A DNA stretch of 64,000 bases from Eledone cirrhosa (Eukaryota), in the NCBI GenBank assembly GCA_964016885.1, contig OZ024745.1, forward strand, positions 96,534,001 through 96,598,000, written 5' to 3'. Below the pieces are notes generated by a model. That model made no database searches. It was given only the letters and a program-made list of their open reading frames with translations, and was not told the origin of the DNA. Each line of letters starts with the position of its first letter. Within the stretch, counting starts at the first letter, position 1. A program made the position numbers and the translations under genes. Positions 39,887-52,930 of the stretch are shown here, piece by piece.

Positions 39887-40206
39887 CAGTGATGTTCAAC
39901 GTGGGGTGCACGCCCCACATGGGTGCAATTTGAATATTCAAGGGAGGCAATTTGAAAATGATGTTAATCAAAGCAAACTTCAGGTTTTACCTTATTACTT
40001 TTACACCAAGACAACTTTGGAACAAATTGCTGTCGGACTCTCCTGTCTCACCTCCTCCACACATGTTATTGCGCATCTAGCATCACCCATACGCCAATTT
40101 ATTTACACATTGTAGTTGATCATCACTGCTTTTATATCAAAGTGGGGCATATAAATGTTTGCGATGTTGAGGTGGGGCATGGAACACAAAAGGTTGAGAA
40201 CCACTG
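39887..40206. mobile_element. hAT-like MITE
   Basis: TIRs cagtgatgttcaac / gttgagaaccactg; 8-bp TSD ttatatgg / atatatgg (7 of 8 match). Confidence 0.8.
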
Positions 40207-40357
40207 ATATATGGTTCAGTAAAAAACAAAAAAAAAACAAACACGTTTTGATTTGCTTCGAATGTTTATTTTTATGAGCAACTATATAATTTTCATAACA
40301 TAGGCAACATATTACTACATGTACGAAGCCAATATTTTAATCAATTACTCCCTATAT

Positions 40358-40571
40358 CAGGCGTGACAAACATGCGGCCGCGGGCTGCATGCGGCCCTTT
40401 ACAAGCACACCTGCGGCCCGCACAAAGGTTTTTATAGCGCGAGCATGTTTTATCTTCGTAATATACAATAAAAAAAGTTGTAATGTGTGCAATTAGTTGT
40501 CGTGTGTGGCCCTCAGACAACACATATGTGACCCATGTGGCCCTCGGGGCAGGTTCAGTTTGATATGCCTG
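40358..40571. mobile_element. hAT-like MITE
   Basis: TIRs caggcgtgacaaac / gtttgatatgcctg with gcggccc subterminal motifs; TSD not preserved. Confidence 0.7.
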
Positions 40572-40814
40572 ATCTAGACTATATTTTAACCTGTAATCCA
40601 TGTTTCATTTCTGTCGCACCTCATTTCTCCCCGCTCCCTCTCTCTCTTTTTCTCTGTGATATTTGAATCAACTATGATTAATTAGAGGAATCATAGACGG
40701 TGGCGATCCTGGTATGAAGTTTGATCCTGGTCGGGAGTAGGGTTTCGGGTAAACCTTTTCAGTTTTTTTCTGTATGATGTAAATAAAAACTGAAAAATAA
40801 TTACATGTACCTTT

Positions 40815-40888
40815 TGACTAGGATTGAACCCAAGCTCAGGATCTCCACCGTCTATAGTACGAAACACTAGGCCACTGAGGCAGCTACG
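40815..40888 (-). mobile_element. tRNA-derived SINE head; inverted partner at about 40690-40735
   Basis: Minus strand ...CAGTGG...ATAGACGGTGGAGATCCTG..GGTTCAATCC (B box); the same atagacggtggcgatcctg occurs on plus at 40693. Confidence 0.5.
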
Positions 40889-41118
40889 AACATCTATTCA
40901 AAATTCATACTGATAAACCTACTTTCAAAATTTTCAGTACAAAATGATGTGGTGTTGTTAATGCCTTTCTTAATGTTATTGCCCTACTTAAGGTCGATAT
41001 CTAAATCATTTGGATGTTCCATAAACTACAGCCTTGTTTTGTTTCTCATCTATCTAGACTATATTTTAACCTGTAATCCATGTTTCATTTCTGTGACACC
41101 TCATTTCTCCCCCCCCCA

Positions 41119-41150
<32 letters not shown>

Positions 41151-41602
41151 GTGATATTTGAATCTACTATGATTTGGGCTTAACCTACTCATATATATAT
41201 ATGTTTTTGCATGTTTGTTATATTCAAACTTACAATGATTGGCATATATAATATTTGTTAAAATAATTAGATTAAATTAATTCAACAGTTAAACACACAT
41301 AGGAATAATAAGGTTGTTACCAATGAGCCAGAATATTGACTACTCAGCCCTAAGTATGACTAATAGCGTGAGGAAAGCCATGAGTGACACCACATCTGTT
41401 TAACTTTGATTTTGAAAGTAGGTTTATAATTATTAATTTTCTTTATACTTTTAGTAGATGTCTCGACGGTCTAGTTGGAGGAATCATACACGTTGGTGAT
41501 CCTGGTCAAAATTTTCAATACAAAATGATGTGGTGTCGTTCATCATTCATGTCTTTCTTAATGTTATTGTATACATACAATACAATATAATATAATATAA
41601 TA

Positions 41603-41648
<46 letters not shown>

Positions 41649-41775
41649 GGAGGTGAGTTTTATTGTAGTACAATAAAGCAATGCAGATATCGGATAAGAA
41701 GCACTCTACAGTTTGTAGGACTGGAGTATACATAATATATAAGAACATGGAACTCTTTTAACCATCTTTTGTTCT

Positions 41776-41866
<91 letters not shown>

Positions 41867-41990
41867 TAAGAGGAATTCCAACTTTGTCTGATTTACTCGT
41901 TTTACAAAGTTGGAATTCCTCTTATTAATATAATCTTCTATACACAATCATACACACCTGTGTATATTTACCTATCTATATCTATATCTA

Positions 41991-42032
<42 letters not shown>

Positions 42033-42035
<3 letters not shown>

Positions 42036-43335
42036 ATAATAATAAATTTGAAGACTAAAATCCAAAGAGGGCTCGATAAGGATAAATATATATCAAATAT
42101 ATAAGAACCGTAGAGAAAATATTTATTAAAATAACAGATAAAAGTTAAAGCAAAGAATCGCTGCTTTCACCCTTAACGGGATCTTCTGAAACTAAAAAAA
42201 ATCAATCTGTGAACGCAGAAGTAAATATTTCGAAAACCATTGCAACCGAAGGAAGACAGGAAGACGATACTTTGGTTCGTGGAAACGTTCCCTGGCAAAG
42301 AACGAAAAAAAAAACGAAGATAATACGTCATTATTTGGAGCAGTGAAATCCCGCCGAGGTTAACTTTGCCTTTCATCCTTCCGGGATCGATAAAATAAAG
42401 TACCAGTAATGCACTGGGTATTTGCTGGCCTTGTGCCAAAAGTAAAAACAATTATTTGGAGCAGTGAAAACAATTACACGCATAAACAAAACCACGTTTA
42501 TGGTATAAATAAAGTCGTAGACTAATATTCTATTAGATGGTTCGTGGAGACGTTTTCTGGCAATGAACGGCAAAAACGAAGATAATACGTCATTACCCAT
42601 GGCGGGTGTTTTCGCGTATGCATGTGTATGTACGTTTATGGATGCGTGCATGTATATATTTAATTTTTGTTGATTTCAATTACCTCTGTAATTTCTTTAC
42701 ATTATTCTTAACTCTTTGCAGCAAAGAGTTACCTCCCTTTACGGACTGAGTTCAAATACTGCCGAGGTTAACTTAGCCTTTCATCCTTACGGGTTCGATA
42801 AAATAAAGTACCAGTAATACACTGGGATAATTGCTGACCTTGTGCCAAAAAGTAGAAACAATTATTCTTAACTCTGAAGCCGAGTATCATTCGGTTTCCT
42901 AAATAGAATTTTAAATTACGACTTCAGTTATACCATAAACGTGGTTTTGTCTTTGCGTGTAATTGTTCTCAATGATTCACATAATGACGTATTATCTTCG
43001 TTTTTTTCCGTTCATTGCAAGAGAACGTCTATAGGAACGACCTAAAAGAATATTAGTCTACGACTTCATTTATACCATAAACGTGGTTTTGTCTTTGCAT
43101 GTAATTGTTTTCACCGGTCCAAATAATGACGTATTATCTTCATTTTTTTCCCCGTTCTTTGCCAGGGAACGTTTCTACGAACCAAAGTAACGTCTTCCTA
43201 TCTTCCTTCGGTTGCAACGTTTTTCGAAATATTTACTTCTGCGTTCACAGATTGATTTTTTTAGTTTCAGAAGATCCCGTTAAGCGTGAAAGCAGCGATT
43301 CTTTGCTTAAACTTTAATCTGTTATTTTAATAAAT
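42033..43335. mobile_element. 1.3-kb (TA)n-flanked fold-back element with unpaired tail and two internal SINE fragments
   Basis: Arms about 42121-42595 and 42930-43335 are reverse complements; hammerhead-like CAGAAGA tccc gttaa ggg/gcg t GAAAG; SINE pieces 42347-42457 and 42745-42865. Confidence 0.75.
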
Positions 43336-43367
43336 AAATATATATATATATATAATAAAAAGGTCGA

Positions 43368-46300
43368 TTATTATTATTATTGTTTTTATTTTCTTTCATT
43401 ATTGTTTCTGAGATATATGCCGAGTGTCTTCCTGACACCTAGGGCAAATAAATTCACAGTGTGCATTGGTAAGCCAGTTAATACAGCACATTGATTATAA
43501 TAAAAAAAAAAAAAAATAAAATACAGCCATGTATACTCATGTGCATATGCATATGTAAATACAAGGAGGGAATATCAATCTTACAGAGATAGTGCTCTTC
43601 TCAAAACGTGTGCAGTACCAGTCAAAACAATTTTTTGTACCTCGTCCAGAGAGGGTAAATCAGGAATCATTAGCATATTTTTTGCTCTCCTTCAAGATAG
43701 AATGAAGCTTCTTACTTCTCTCATGCTTTTCAACAAGTTTCAGCATATAGTCGTTAGTTGTTTCAAGGTATTTGGCCAGTCCAATGATGGTGGTCTTGTA
43801 AGCAAGTTCAAATTGGATCAAGCCACGGCCTCCTTGAGTTCTAAGAAGGTAAAGACGATCCACATCTGCTTTTGGGTGGTGCATCCTATTACAGGTCAGT
43901 AGCTTACGGACTTTGGTGTCGATTCTTTTGATTTCACTCATATTCCAGTTCAACACACCGAAGTTATAAGTGACAACTGGGACTGCCAAGGAATTTATGG
44001 CTAGCACCTTCTTAGGAGTGTTTAGTTCTGATCTCAGAACTGCACGTACTCTCCTGTAACATTCTTTCCGTATCCTCTCTTTTATACTTGCATGCTGTAT
44101 GCCAGAGCCCTCATTAATTCCTAAGTATTTATAGGTTTGTTCCTGCTCAAGTTCCTTTATGATTGTTTTAGTATCCAATTCAACTGAGTCTGAGTTGACA
44201 AGCTTCCCCTTCTTGAAAGTGGCTTTTGCACACTTGTCAAGTCCAAACTCCATCCTGATGTCATCGCTAATTGCAATATAGCTTCAAATCATCCATATAA
44301 AACAGGTGGCTTATTTTTTGTTCTCAATTCTATAACCATACCCTGTTCTATTAAGCTCGGATGTAAGGGGTATTAAAGCTATGCAGAAAAGCAAGGGTGA
44401 AAGTGAGTCAACCTGGAATATACCACAATTGATGTTTATATTCCTAGAGCACAGTACCCCAGTGGAGTGAGACAATTGGAGATTTGTGTTCCATAATGAC
44501 ATATTGTGCTTCAGGAAGTTTGAGATCATAGGTGAGATTTTGAAGATGTCCAGTGATTTCAAAATCCATGAGTGTGGTATGCTGTCAAAGGCTTTTTTTA
44601 TAATCGATCCATGCAAAACTGAGATTTCTGTGTTTATTATGACAGCTCTCAAGGATCATACGATTAATCAAAAGTTGATCTTTGCAATCATATGAACCTC
44701 GTCAGCACCCTTTTTGTTCAATGGGGAAAAGATTGTTCTCCAAAAACACGTATACTTTTTCCATAGTTTATAAGTAGTGGACAAGCAGGTTATGGGCCGA
44801 TAGTTTTTTGGGATCTTTGGTTTCGTTGTTCTTTGGTAGAAGGTAGGTAATGCCCCTTTCTATCCAATCAGGTGTATTTTTTGGATCTTTCATAATTCCA
44901 TTAAACAGCTTGACCAATATATTGTGAGTGCACGAGAGTGAGGAAAGCCAGAAATTTGGCACCCTGTCTCTACCAGGAGATTTCCATTTATGAGATTTAT
45001 TGAGTGCTGTCCTTAAGTCCGCTATAGAGATGTCTTCCCATGCCTGTTCTTCTAAATTTGTGTAGGATTTTTCAAGGCGACTAATCCAATCTACATTAGT
45101 ATTATATGTCTTCTCATCACTCCAAATCTTACTCCAGAAGTTTTCAACTTCTTCTATGGACGGGGGAGGGGTCATCAATAATTATTTTTTCCTTCCCTAC
45201 TTCTCTATAAAATGACTTGGCATTGGATGAAAACAACTTATTTTGCCTGTAGAAGTTGTTTCGCTTCTCGAATCTATGAATTCGTTGGGCTTTTACTTGG
45301 ACTTTTTGTTTCAGAGATTCTTTTGTTGAAACTATTGCTTCTCTAGAAGACAGTCTATATTTCCTCTTTAGCTTTCTTACCTTCTTGGATCTTATATCAT
45401 TTCCAGCGGTTAACTGCCCCAATAAAGATATTTCTCCTCTCATTACGTCAATCTCCTTTTCGATTCTACTCCACCAAATTGGTTTACCTCGAAGGTTCGA
45501 CTTTTTTTGTTTCTTTGGTGGTAAACAACTTGTTTCAATTACTCTAGCAGCTGCATAAATGATTTCATTTAACTCAGTAAGATCAGGTTCTAGTTCTTCT
45601 ATGATTTCTTTTGTCACAGAATTACCAATCATTATTTGTTTTCTATTTTGGATTGTATTTGGAGTTTTTGAAGTGGTTCTCTATCATTTATATTAGAGTG
45701 TATTGCTACTGCAAGCTCATTCAGTATTTTTTGCTTTAAGTCCTTCATAGTCTCCCTGTGTTCTTCAGCAGATGTTTGGTTTTCAATTACTGTTTCTAAG
45801 TCCCTCTCCTGGCTATTTTCAGCGGGTTCAATAGGGCTTCTCATTTCTACAAACCTATTTGTGATTTGGTCAGATGGAGGTCTTTCAGTAAAGACTTGTG
45901 ACTGGTTACTATCTCCAGGAGATTCTTCAGTTCTTTCATGATTTATATTTATGTCATTCTCCACAGCCTGCTTCATCGCAGTTAGTTCAGTGTATGTGAG
46001 TCTATTATTTCTGAAGATATACCTCCTTACATTTGCCAACTTATTTCCATCCATATCACGTCTGCTAGCTTGATTCCGAGTTTTCCAGATTTTGTAGGAG
46101 TTTAAAGTGTGTCTGTCTTGTGATGGCTTACCTAATGCATAGTAATATGCATATATTACTTCTTTATAATCTTCTTGGGTCCATTTCATCCTTTTAGGTT
46201 TTTCTTTTTGAGGTGGTTTGGGTGGTGGATCTGGAGGGCCCGAGTTGGGGCATCCCCGATCAAGTGACCATCCAGGTCCATAATTGGAGAAGAGTTTGTG

Positions 46301-46505
46301 CCAGAGGAGGACTTTTCGATCTCAGGTTGGCATCTTCCTGAGGGACGCGATTCCTGATTAACCATAGGAAAAGCGATTTGGTATTGTGTATTAATTTTTA
46401 TTTGTTCATCTCGCAGTACATGTTTGCGTTACGCATGGTATTGGACGTACATAGGAAGTTGCCCGGCTCTTTGGGTAGTGCATTTGCTGGCTGGCACTGA
46501 GATCA
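43368..46505 (-). mobile_element. R4/Dong-clade non-LTR element, degenerate, RLE domain deleted, (TAA)n at both ends
   Basis: KWKSPGRD..NFWL, KAFDSIPHSWI, GIFQ.DSLSPLLFC, MEFGLDKCAK, GGRGL; C-terminal QKIVLTGTAHVLRRAL* (stop 43581-43583); 3' tail (TAA)n at 43368-43382. Confidence 0.88.
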
Positions 46506-46542
46506 TTATTACTATTACAACAGTATAGTTATGGTGGCTAAA

Positions 46543-47290
46543 TTATTATTATTATTATTATTGTTGTTCTTTGAGTCTCAGTCATTGATGTTATTTAACT
46601 GGAAAGTTTGTTGAAATAAATATCAAGCCACTACCTGCAGCCTCAGATATTCAGGACGTATCGGAAGGTACTTGCTGTTCCCAACAAGCATGCCTTTTGA
46701 AGTGTTCCAAAAATCGGGGCGGGGCCAATTTTCTTTAACCATCCCTGGAAACTCATTGAGATATTACCTAGTGCGCCTATGACAATCGGGACCACTTTGA
46801 CTTCATGGCAGTTCCAAATCCTTTTTACCTCCCACTTTAAGTCCTGGTATCGGTTAATTTTCTCCCTCTCCTCTTGCACTCTTGTGTCGAATGGGCAGGC
46901 TACATCCACAATCAGGCACGATCTTTTTTCCTTGTCCAAAACCACCAGGTCAGGTCTATTGTGTTCCAGTTTCTTGTCCGTCTGTATCCTAAAATCCCAC
47001 AGCACCTTCACCTGATCGTTTTCTATCACCGACTCTGGCTTATGCTCATACCACTTCTCAGAATGTGGTAAATTGTTTACTTTGCATAGGTGCCAGTGGA
47101 TCACCCTGCCCATTACATCATGTCTCCAGCCTTTATAGTGAGTCTGGGCTAGGTGTTTACACTCGGATAAAATGTGAGCCACAGTCTCCTCTCTCTCTTC
47201 ACAGATCCTGCACAGTGGGCTAGCCTCCTCCTTGTAAATATGGTGTTTCAACCACTTCGTTTTGAGGGCATGCTCTTGCGCAGCCATTAA
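46543..47290 (-). mobile_element. Second R4/Dong-clade 3' fragment: CCHC plus restriction-like endonuclease and (TAA)n tail
   Basis: CRICEEREETVAHILSEC, RHD, VLWDFRIQTD, RPDLV..IVDVACP, QKACLLGTA; stop 46643; (TAA)n at 46543-46562. Confidence 0.92.
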
Positions 47291-49287
47291 CATTTCCCGC
47301 ATCCTAGTTCGCGTGGGACGCCCCTCATCGCCCCCAGTTTGTGCAGTAACGGCTCGAGAGCCAATACGTACAAGAGGGACGAGAGGGGACAACCCTGGCG
47401 GACTGAGTGCATGATGCTGAACGTCTGTGACAGGTGACCGTTCACCCTCACAACTGAGCAGATGTTGCTATACATTGCTGCGATCCAACCCCTGAAAAAG
47501 GGCCCGAAATCGGCTGCCTCGAGGACCGCCGCCAGGTACCGATGGTCGACCCTATCGAATGCTATGGATTGATCCAAGTTGATCAGGGCCTCACCCGTGC
47601 CAGATTCCTTAACCACCCTTTCTATGATGTATCGCATGAGGTGGAGGTTGTCGTGTATGGATCTGTCCGGAATGGCGCATGTCTGCGCCTCTCCCACCAG
47701 ACCCTTGACGATAAGCGCCAACCTCGTTGCTAACACCTTGGCCAAAATCTTGAACTCTGCGTTTAGCAGGGTTATGGGCCTGAAATTATCGATGACATCC
47801 CCCTTGTTCGGGTCTTTTCTCAGCAGCGCCACTGGTCCCCGGCTCACAAAACTGGGAATTATCCTGTTCTGCTTCAAGTTGCAGTAGACCTCTGCCAAGA
47901 GGTCACCGAACAAGTCTGGCATAAATGCATAAAGTTCGTAGGGCAGACCATCCAAACCTGGCGATTTACCCCTTGTGCAGGTAGCCATCGCTTCCCGTAT
48001 TACACCGGCTGTTATTGGCTTTTCGCAACGCTGTGCTGCGGTCGTCGAGAGCCGAGGCAGTCCGTCGAGGTATGCACTGAAGTCCATGCCCCGATCCGGA
48101 CCGCCGCCGCTCCCGAACAGTTCAGCAAAGTGCTGCTGAAAAGCTTCACACATCCGCTCGGGTTCGAGCATCACGCACCCGTTTTGATCAGACAAAGACC
48201 GAATTGTGGCTTTGTTGCCACGTCGCGCCTTTGCCACCCGGGCCCATTGGATGGCTTTTGTCCCCTCGTGTTTCAGAGCACGCACTCTAGCTCTGACAAC
48301 GCAGCCTTCGTGTTTTGCGTTGAAGAATTGGTCGAGTGCCAATCTCGCCGCAAGCACGTCGGTTGCGATGCCTGTCCTAAACGCCTCTTCTAGCTTTCTG
48401 ACTAGCTCTCCCTCTACTCTAATTTCCTCTATCACTACTCCTTTGCTAAACCTAATCGACTCTACTTTAATTGCCCTTTTCAGGGCGAACCACCACCTGT
48501 TGTTGACGATCGCTCCCGTCAACGCCCGCTTAACTAATACGCTAATCCGGTCTCTGTAGGCTTTGCGCGACGGGAAAGACGCGTTCTCCAGTAACCGGGC
48601 CCTTGTCTATGAAGTCTGTCTATGTCGATCTCACAGATCACAAACTTGTGGTCTGTGTAGTCGACTATTTTAAATTGTGGACAACTTATACTAGCCTTAT
48701 CTAGTTCTCTGCAGAATACCCTATCGAGATACGATCTGGATGAACCGATGCGGTTTGTCCATGTCCGCATTGGCACATTCGGGTGATCCAGTCGATATCT
48801 GTCAGACAGTTCAAAACGTCTGAGCAGGTTGGTGAGGCTCTTGCACCCTCCTCCCCTATCCACTATCCCCACACGATCCCAGCGTGCAACCAAGATACCG
48901 TTCCAGTTGATCACTAACACTAAAGAGCGGGATGTTCCAAGAAAGGTCTCTAGACGTCTGAAGAAATCTGGCCGACCTGCCCCTGATGGGGCGTAGACGG
49001 CTACTAGCCTGAAAGCATTGCCTTCGCTGCCGGTCACGTCCAGCACCACCGACTTACCTTCTGGGTCTAGGAAGATGGCCCGTATCGCGAGATCCAAGCC
49101 TCTCCGAAAAAGGACGGCAACCCCTCCCCCCGAAGATCGGTGCGAAGGCTTGTGCTTCGGAGATTCTGGTTTCACTGATGGCCACCACATCTATGTTTAG
49201 TGACCTGAAGTTGTTGAGCAGGTGACCCTGCTTCCAAGATGACCCCAGGCCACGTGCATTTATACTGCCTATTTTGAGTACGGCCAT
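47291..49287 (-). pseudogene. Tx1-F ORF2, frameshifted and 3'-truncated
   Basis: MAVLKIGSINARGLG; pieces 49054-49323, 48534-49190 and 47287-48522. Confidence 0.9.
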
Positions 49288-49319
49288 GTTGGATGAGAAA
49301 TGGGGCAAGTGAGAAAGGG

Positions 49320-51147
49320 TCACTTACCTTGATCGTGTGGTGAAGGGACAGTAGAACCGTCCCTTTCGCTGGTCATGGGTGTTTCCAAGAGGATGTCAGT
49401 GTATATCCTCTTGGTAACCGACCCCCTGAAATCTCCAGCTGCGTTGGGGAATTTTTGTTTTAAAGGTTTGTACTGTTCTATTGAGATTTCGATGATGCTT
49501 ATGTTTGTCGGGAGAGTTCTTGGTGTTGGTGGAGTGTAGTAGTTTTTTTCTGTGATGTCTGTGTGCTGCTTTATATATTGTATCAGTTCTTTTTTTGCCA
49601 TGTTTATGGCTGTGTACTTTTTGGGGGGAGGGGGGATTTTGTTGCTGTTTTCTTCTTGTTGCTGTTTGGTGTGTGTGTTTTGTTGTTTGCGTTGTTGGTG
49701 TTTTTGATGATGCTGGTGGTGGTGTTGTTGCAAGTTTCCTTGCTGCCTTTACCCCTCTTTGTATGCCTTCGCTTTTGGAGGGTGAATCTAAGGGTTTTTT
49801 GTTTTTTGTTTTTTGTTTTTTGTGGCAGACCGTTTGCCACTTCACTCCCGCCTCAAACTCCATGTCGGATTATGTGGTGTCTGGGAGGGCTATGTGCTCC
49901 ACGGCTGTTGGTGGTGGTAGTGGAGCCCTCTTCGGCAATTTTGTTGCTGGTGTAGCTACTTCAAATGTAGCTATTGGTGTTGCCGCCACTGATGATGCTG
50001 CGTTAGTTGTCCGTGGCCTTGGTACGGGTGCTACGGACGTTGCCCTCCTACTCACCGTGGAAGGGGCTTCTGCGTTTGTTTCCTGTCTATGATATCGGGG
50101 ATAGCGTCGATACATTCATGGTCAGTTTGTATAAGCATTTGCATGCCTATACATGACCAGTTCTCTCTCCCTATTTTTTCTACTTGTAGCATGGTCGTCC
50201 TGTTCTCGATTCCAGCAAGGACAGACGCGGCCAGCCAAGGTATGGGCACGTCGGGTGGGACCTGGGTCACTTTGACCCTCACAATTTTCTGCCCGCAGTA
50301 GGAGGGCACCAAGACTATCTCCTCACTCTTTAGGGTTTCCAAAGAGTGAGACTTTGCTCCTGGGGGTGGCTAAAAGTACGTCTACTGTGGCGTACTTTCT
50401 GCCTCGGGTGATGTGGGTTTTGCGTGCCCAGACGCACCCCAAGGCCTTTTGGATTTGAGCCTCCGTGGCTCTCTCCACCCGATGTGAGATTTTGCTTACG
50501 GTGCGGTAAGTCACCGTCCGTAGCTGCTGGTCCTTGAAAAAATCGGGTGGAGGTTTCAGGGAGACTCTATTTGCGCTTCTTGTCACCATGCCCCTTGCGA
50601 CTGCCATCTCCTCCTCTGTGACTAACACTGTCTCGATATTTCGGGCGACACCTGCAAAAGAAGTGGTCCCTTTTTCAGCAGCACTACTATTGCTGCCGCT
50701 ACTGGTCTTACAGGTATCGGTGTCATTGTTGTTGTTTTCGTTGGTACAGTTGTTGGTGTTGTTGTTTTTGTTTTCGTTGATACTGTTGCTGTTGTTACTG
50801 TTATTGTGGCTGTTGTTATTATTGTTGTTTTTGTTGATACTGTTCCTACTATTATTGTTGTTGTGGCTGATGTTATTGTCATTGTTATTGTCGTTCTCGA
50901 CCTTACCTCTGTTATTTTTGTTGTTGCTGTTGTTATTGATGGTGTTGTTGTTGTTGTTGGTGTTATTGTTGGTGTTGTTTGTGTTAGAACTATTTGTAAA
51001 TTTTAAATCTGTAACAATCTTCTTTTCCTTTGTAATATTTTCGTTTATATTTACCTGCGCTGGAACGCTGTCTTGTTGACATGCTGATAAAGTCTCCCTT
51101 TCTCTGTGTTGTCTGACAGCGCTCTCTCTCTTTCTTGTGTTATCCAT
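49320..51147 (-). pseudogene. Tx1-F ORF1, frameshifted, knuckle apparently deleted
   Basis: Asn-rich N-terminus; QKALGCVWARK and SYCGQKIVRVKVT match A ORF1. Confidence 0.85.
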
Positions 51148-51813
51148 GTTGTAAATTCCCTTAAGAAATACAAGGGAATTTACAATCTAGCCATCTGCTC
51201 TGAAGAATTGGTAGGATGAAGAGCATTTGAAAATTGAGTATCTGTAAATAAATAACTACCAATTTGCATATAGCATGACTAGGCTGTGTAACTACTAAAG
51301 AAACATTTGTCAACACTCGGAATAAAATACCTTTTTATGATGTCTACCTGTTTTATTAATCATTCTTTATCTACATTCCGGAATACAGAAGAATCGGAAA
51401 CCAAGTTACTTTAACTGTTCTTTCATAACTCGTTGAGTAACCCCTCACCGTACGTCGACTCTATCTAGTGTAGTAATTAACCATTACTGCATTTAGAATA
51501 ATCCTAAGCATTTCTTGCATAACCTAATATAAATATATATATATATATATATATAAATACACAAACACAATTTGATATGTACTTACATATTTAATAACCT
51601 CTTTAAATATTTCGACTGAAACATATAATTTAAATAATTCTCAACGAAACAATACAGTATACACAAACACAATTTGATATGTATACTGTATTGTTTCGTT
51701 GAGAATTATTTAAGTTATATGTTTCAGTCGAAATATTTACAGCGGTTATTAAATAGGTAAGTACGATTTTAATGTGTGCATATATGTGGCTGTATGTAAC
51801 GAGGTACAAACAC

Positions 51814-51998
51814 GTGGATTGGCAGTATCGGTAGAGGGTCGGGCGCCATGCTTTCCAGCAGAGTTACGTCCCTTTACGATCTGAGTTCAAATCCCGCCGA
51901 GGTTGACTTTGCCTCTCATCCTTACGGGGTCGATAAAATAAAGTACCAGTAATGCACTGGTTATTGCTGGCCTTGTGCCAAAAGTAGAAACAATTATT
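51814..51998 (+). mobile_element. Nin/Deu-domain SINE copy
   Basis: Same sequence as 38082-38270. Confidence 0.85.
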
Positions 51999-52574
51999 TT
52001 AGTATATGTGTGTAGTTTTGTTCCTGGTGGCGTCTACGTTTTTGTGTGTGTTCATGTGTGTGGGTTCATGTGTGTGTGTTTATGTGTGTGGGTATATGTG
52101 TGTGGGTTTATGTGTGTGTGTTTATATGTGTGTGAATTATCAGTATGTGTTTGTGTGTGTGTAGTTCACTATTGTATATATAGCCAATGAGATTATCTGT
52201 GTGTTTCTATGTATGTGTGTTCGTATGGATGTGTTTGTTTACCAAGCGGTACGTGTATGAGTTAAAATGTTTATCTGCTCCACGTGTTTGTGAATGTATG
52301 TGTATATATGTATGTGTTTTAGTAGTGTGTGTTTTATGTGTGTGTTTTGTTGTGCAGAGCCGGGTTGTGGGTATATATGTACGACTGTGTATGAGAGAGG
52401 TTGTGTATTTGTGCATGCTTGTGTGCATGTGTGTATGAGCAAGTGTCCGTATGTGTGCATTTTTACGTATATCCGCGTGTATACATGCATATACATACAT
52501 GCATACATTCATACATATATACAGACATTTATACTTACATGCATATATACATTCGTACATACATACATGCATAC

Positions 52575-52930
52575 ATGATGGCTGCCCCCTCGTTATCGAG
52601 TATGGCCATTGCACGATATAGCATTATTAATAATTATTAATTAATTCTATCGTGCAATGCCTGTGCGTGAAGATATTTTTTAAAGTGAGGAAAGACTGTG
52701 CACTGAGCCAATCCCACTCTCTGAGCGACAGTAGCTATAACCCGAAAAGAAGAAAAGATCAACATCATCGGTAACTTCTGAGCCGCAGGTTTTATATCGG
52801 AGTTATCCCAGTTTCCTAAGTTGCCTTCTCCCTGAAGAATGCCCTGACAAAGGCTAGGGTTCCTTCACTCCCAGTGGTTTAACCGCGCGATCAGGTGTCC
52901 AGCCCGACTTTTTCTATGTCCCCGCGCATA
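52575..52930 (-). mobile_element. Non-autonomous RTE-derived element with internal hairpin
   Basis: 3' end TCGTGCAATGGC.ATACTCGATAACGAGG.GGCAGCCATCAT also occurs at 20523-20564; GGAGAAGGCAACT resembles RTE 5' UTRs (recall). Confidence 0.45.

Larger units (their letters stand above)
47291..51468 (-). mobile_element. L1-Tx1 LINE copy F, 5' part (ORF1, APE, RT up to just before YADD)
   Basis: ORF1 homologous to A; ORF2 starts at 49287; breaks at GCGKC. 5' terminus CTAGATAGAGT resembles D's CTTGATAGAGT. Confidence 0.9.

Noticed and set aside
46405-46505. HDV-like ribozyme at the Dong 5' end
   Set aside because: An enclosing stem is visible (ATCTC-AGTGC / GTACT..GAGAT), but I could not fit the nested double pseudoknot.
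46643-47392. Tx1-RT/RLE chimeric ORF as a dual-endonuclease element
   Set aside because: The Tx1 part is out of frame and lacks YADD; it is a junction between two broken elements.
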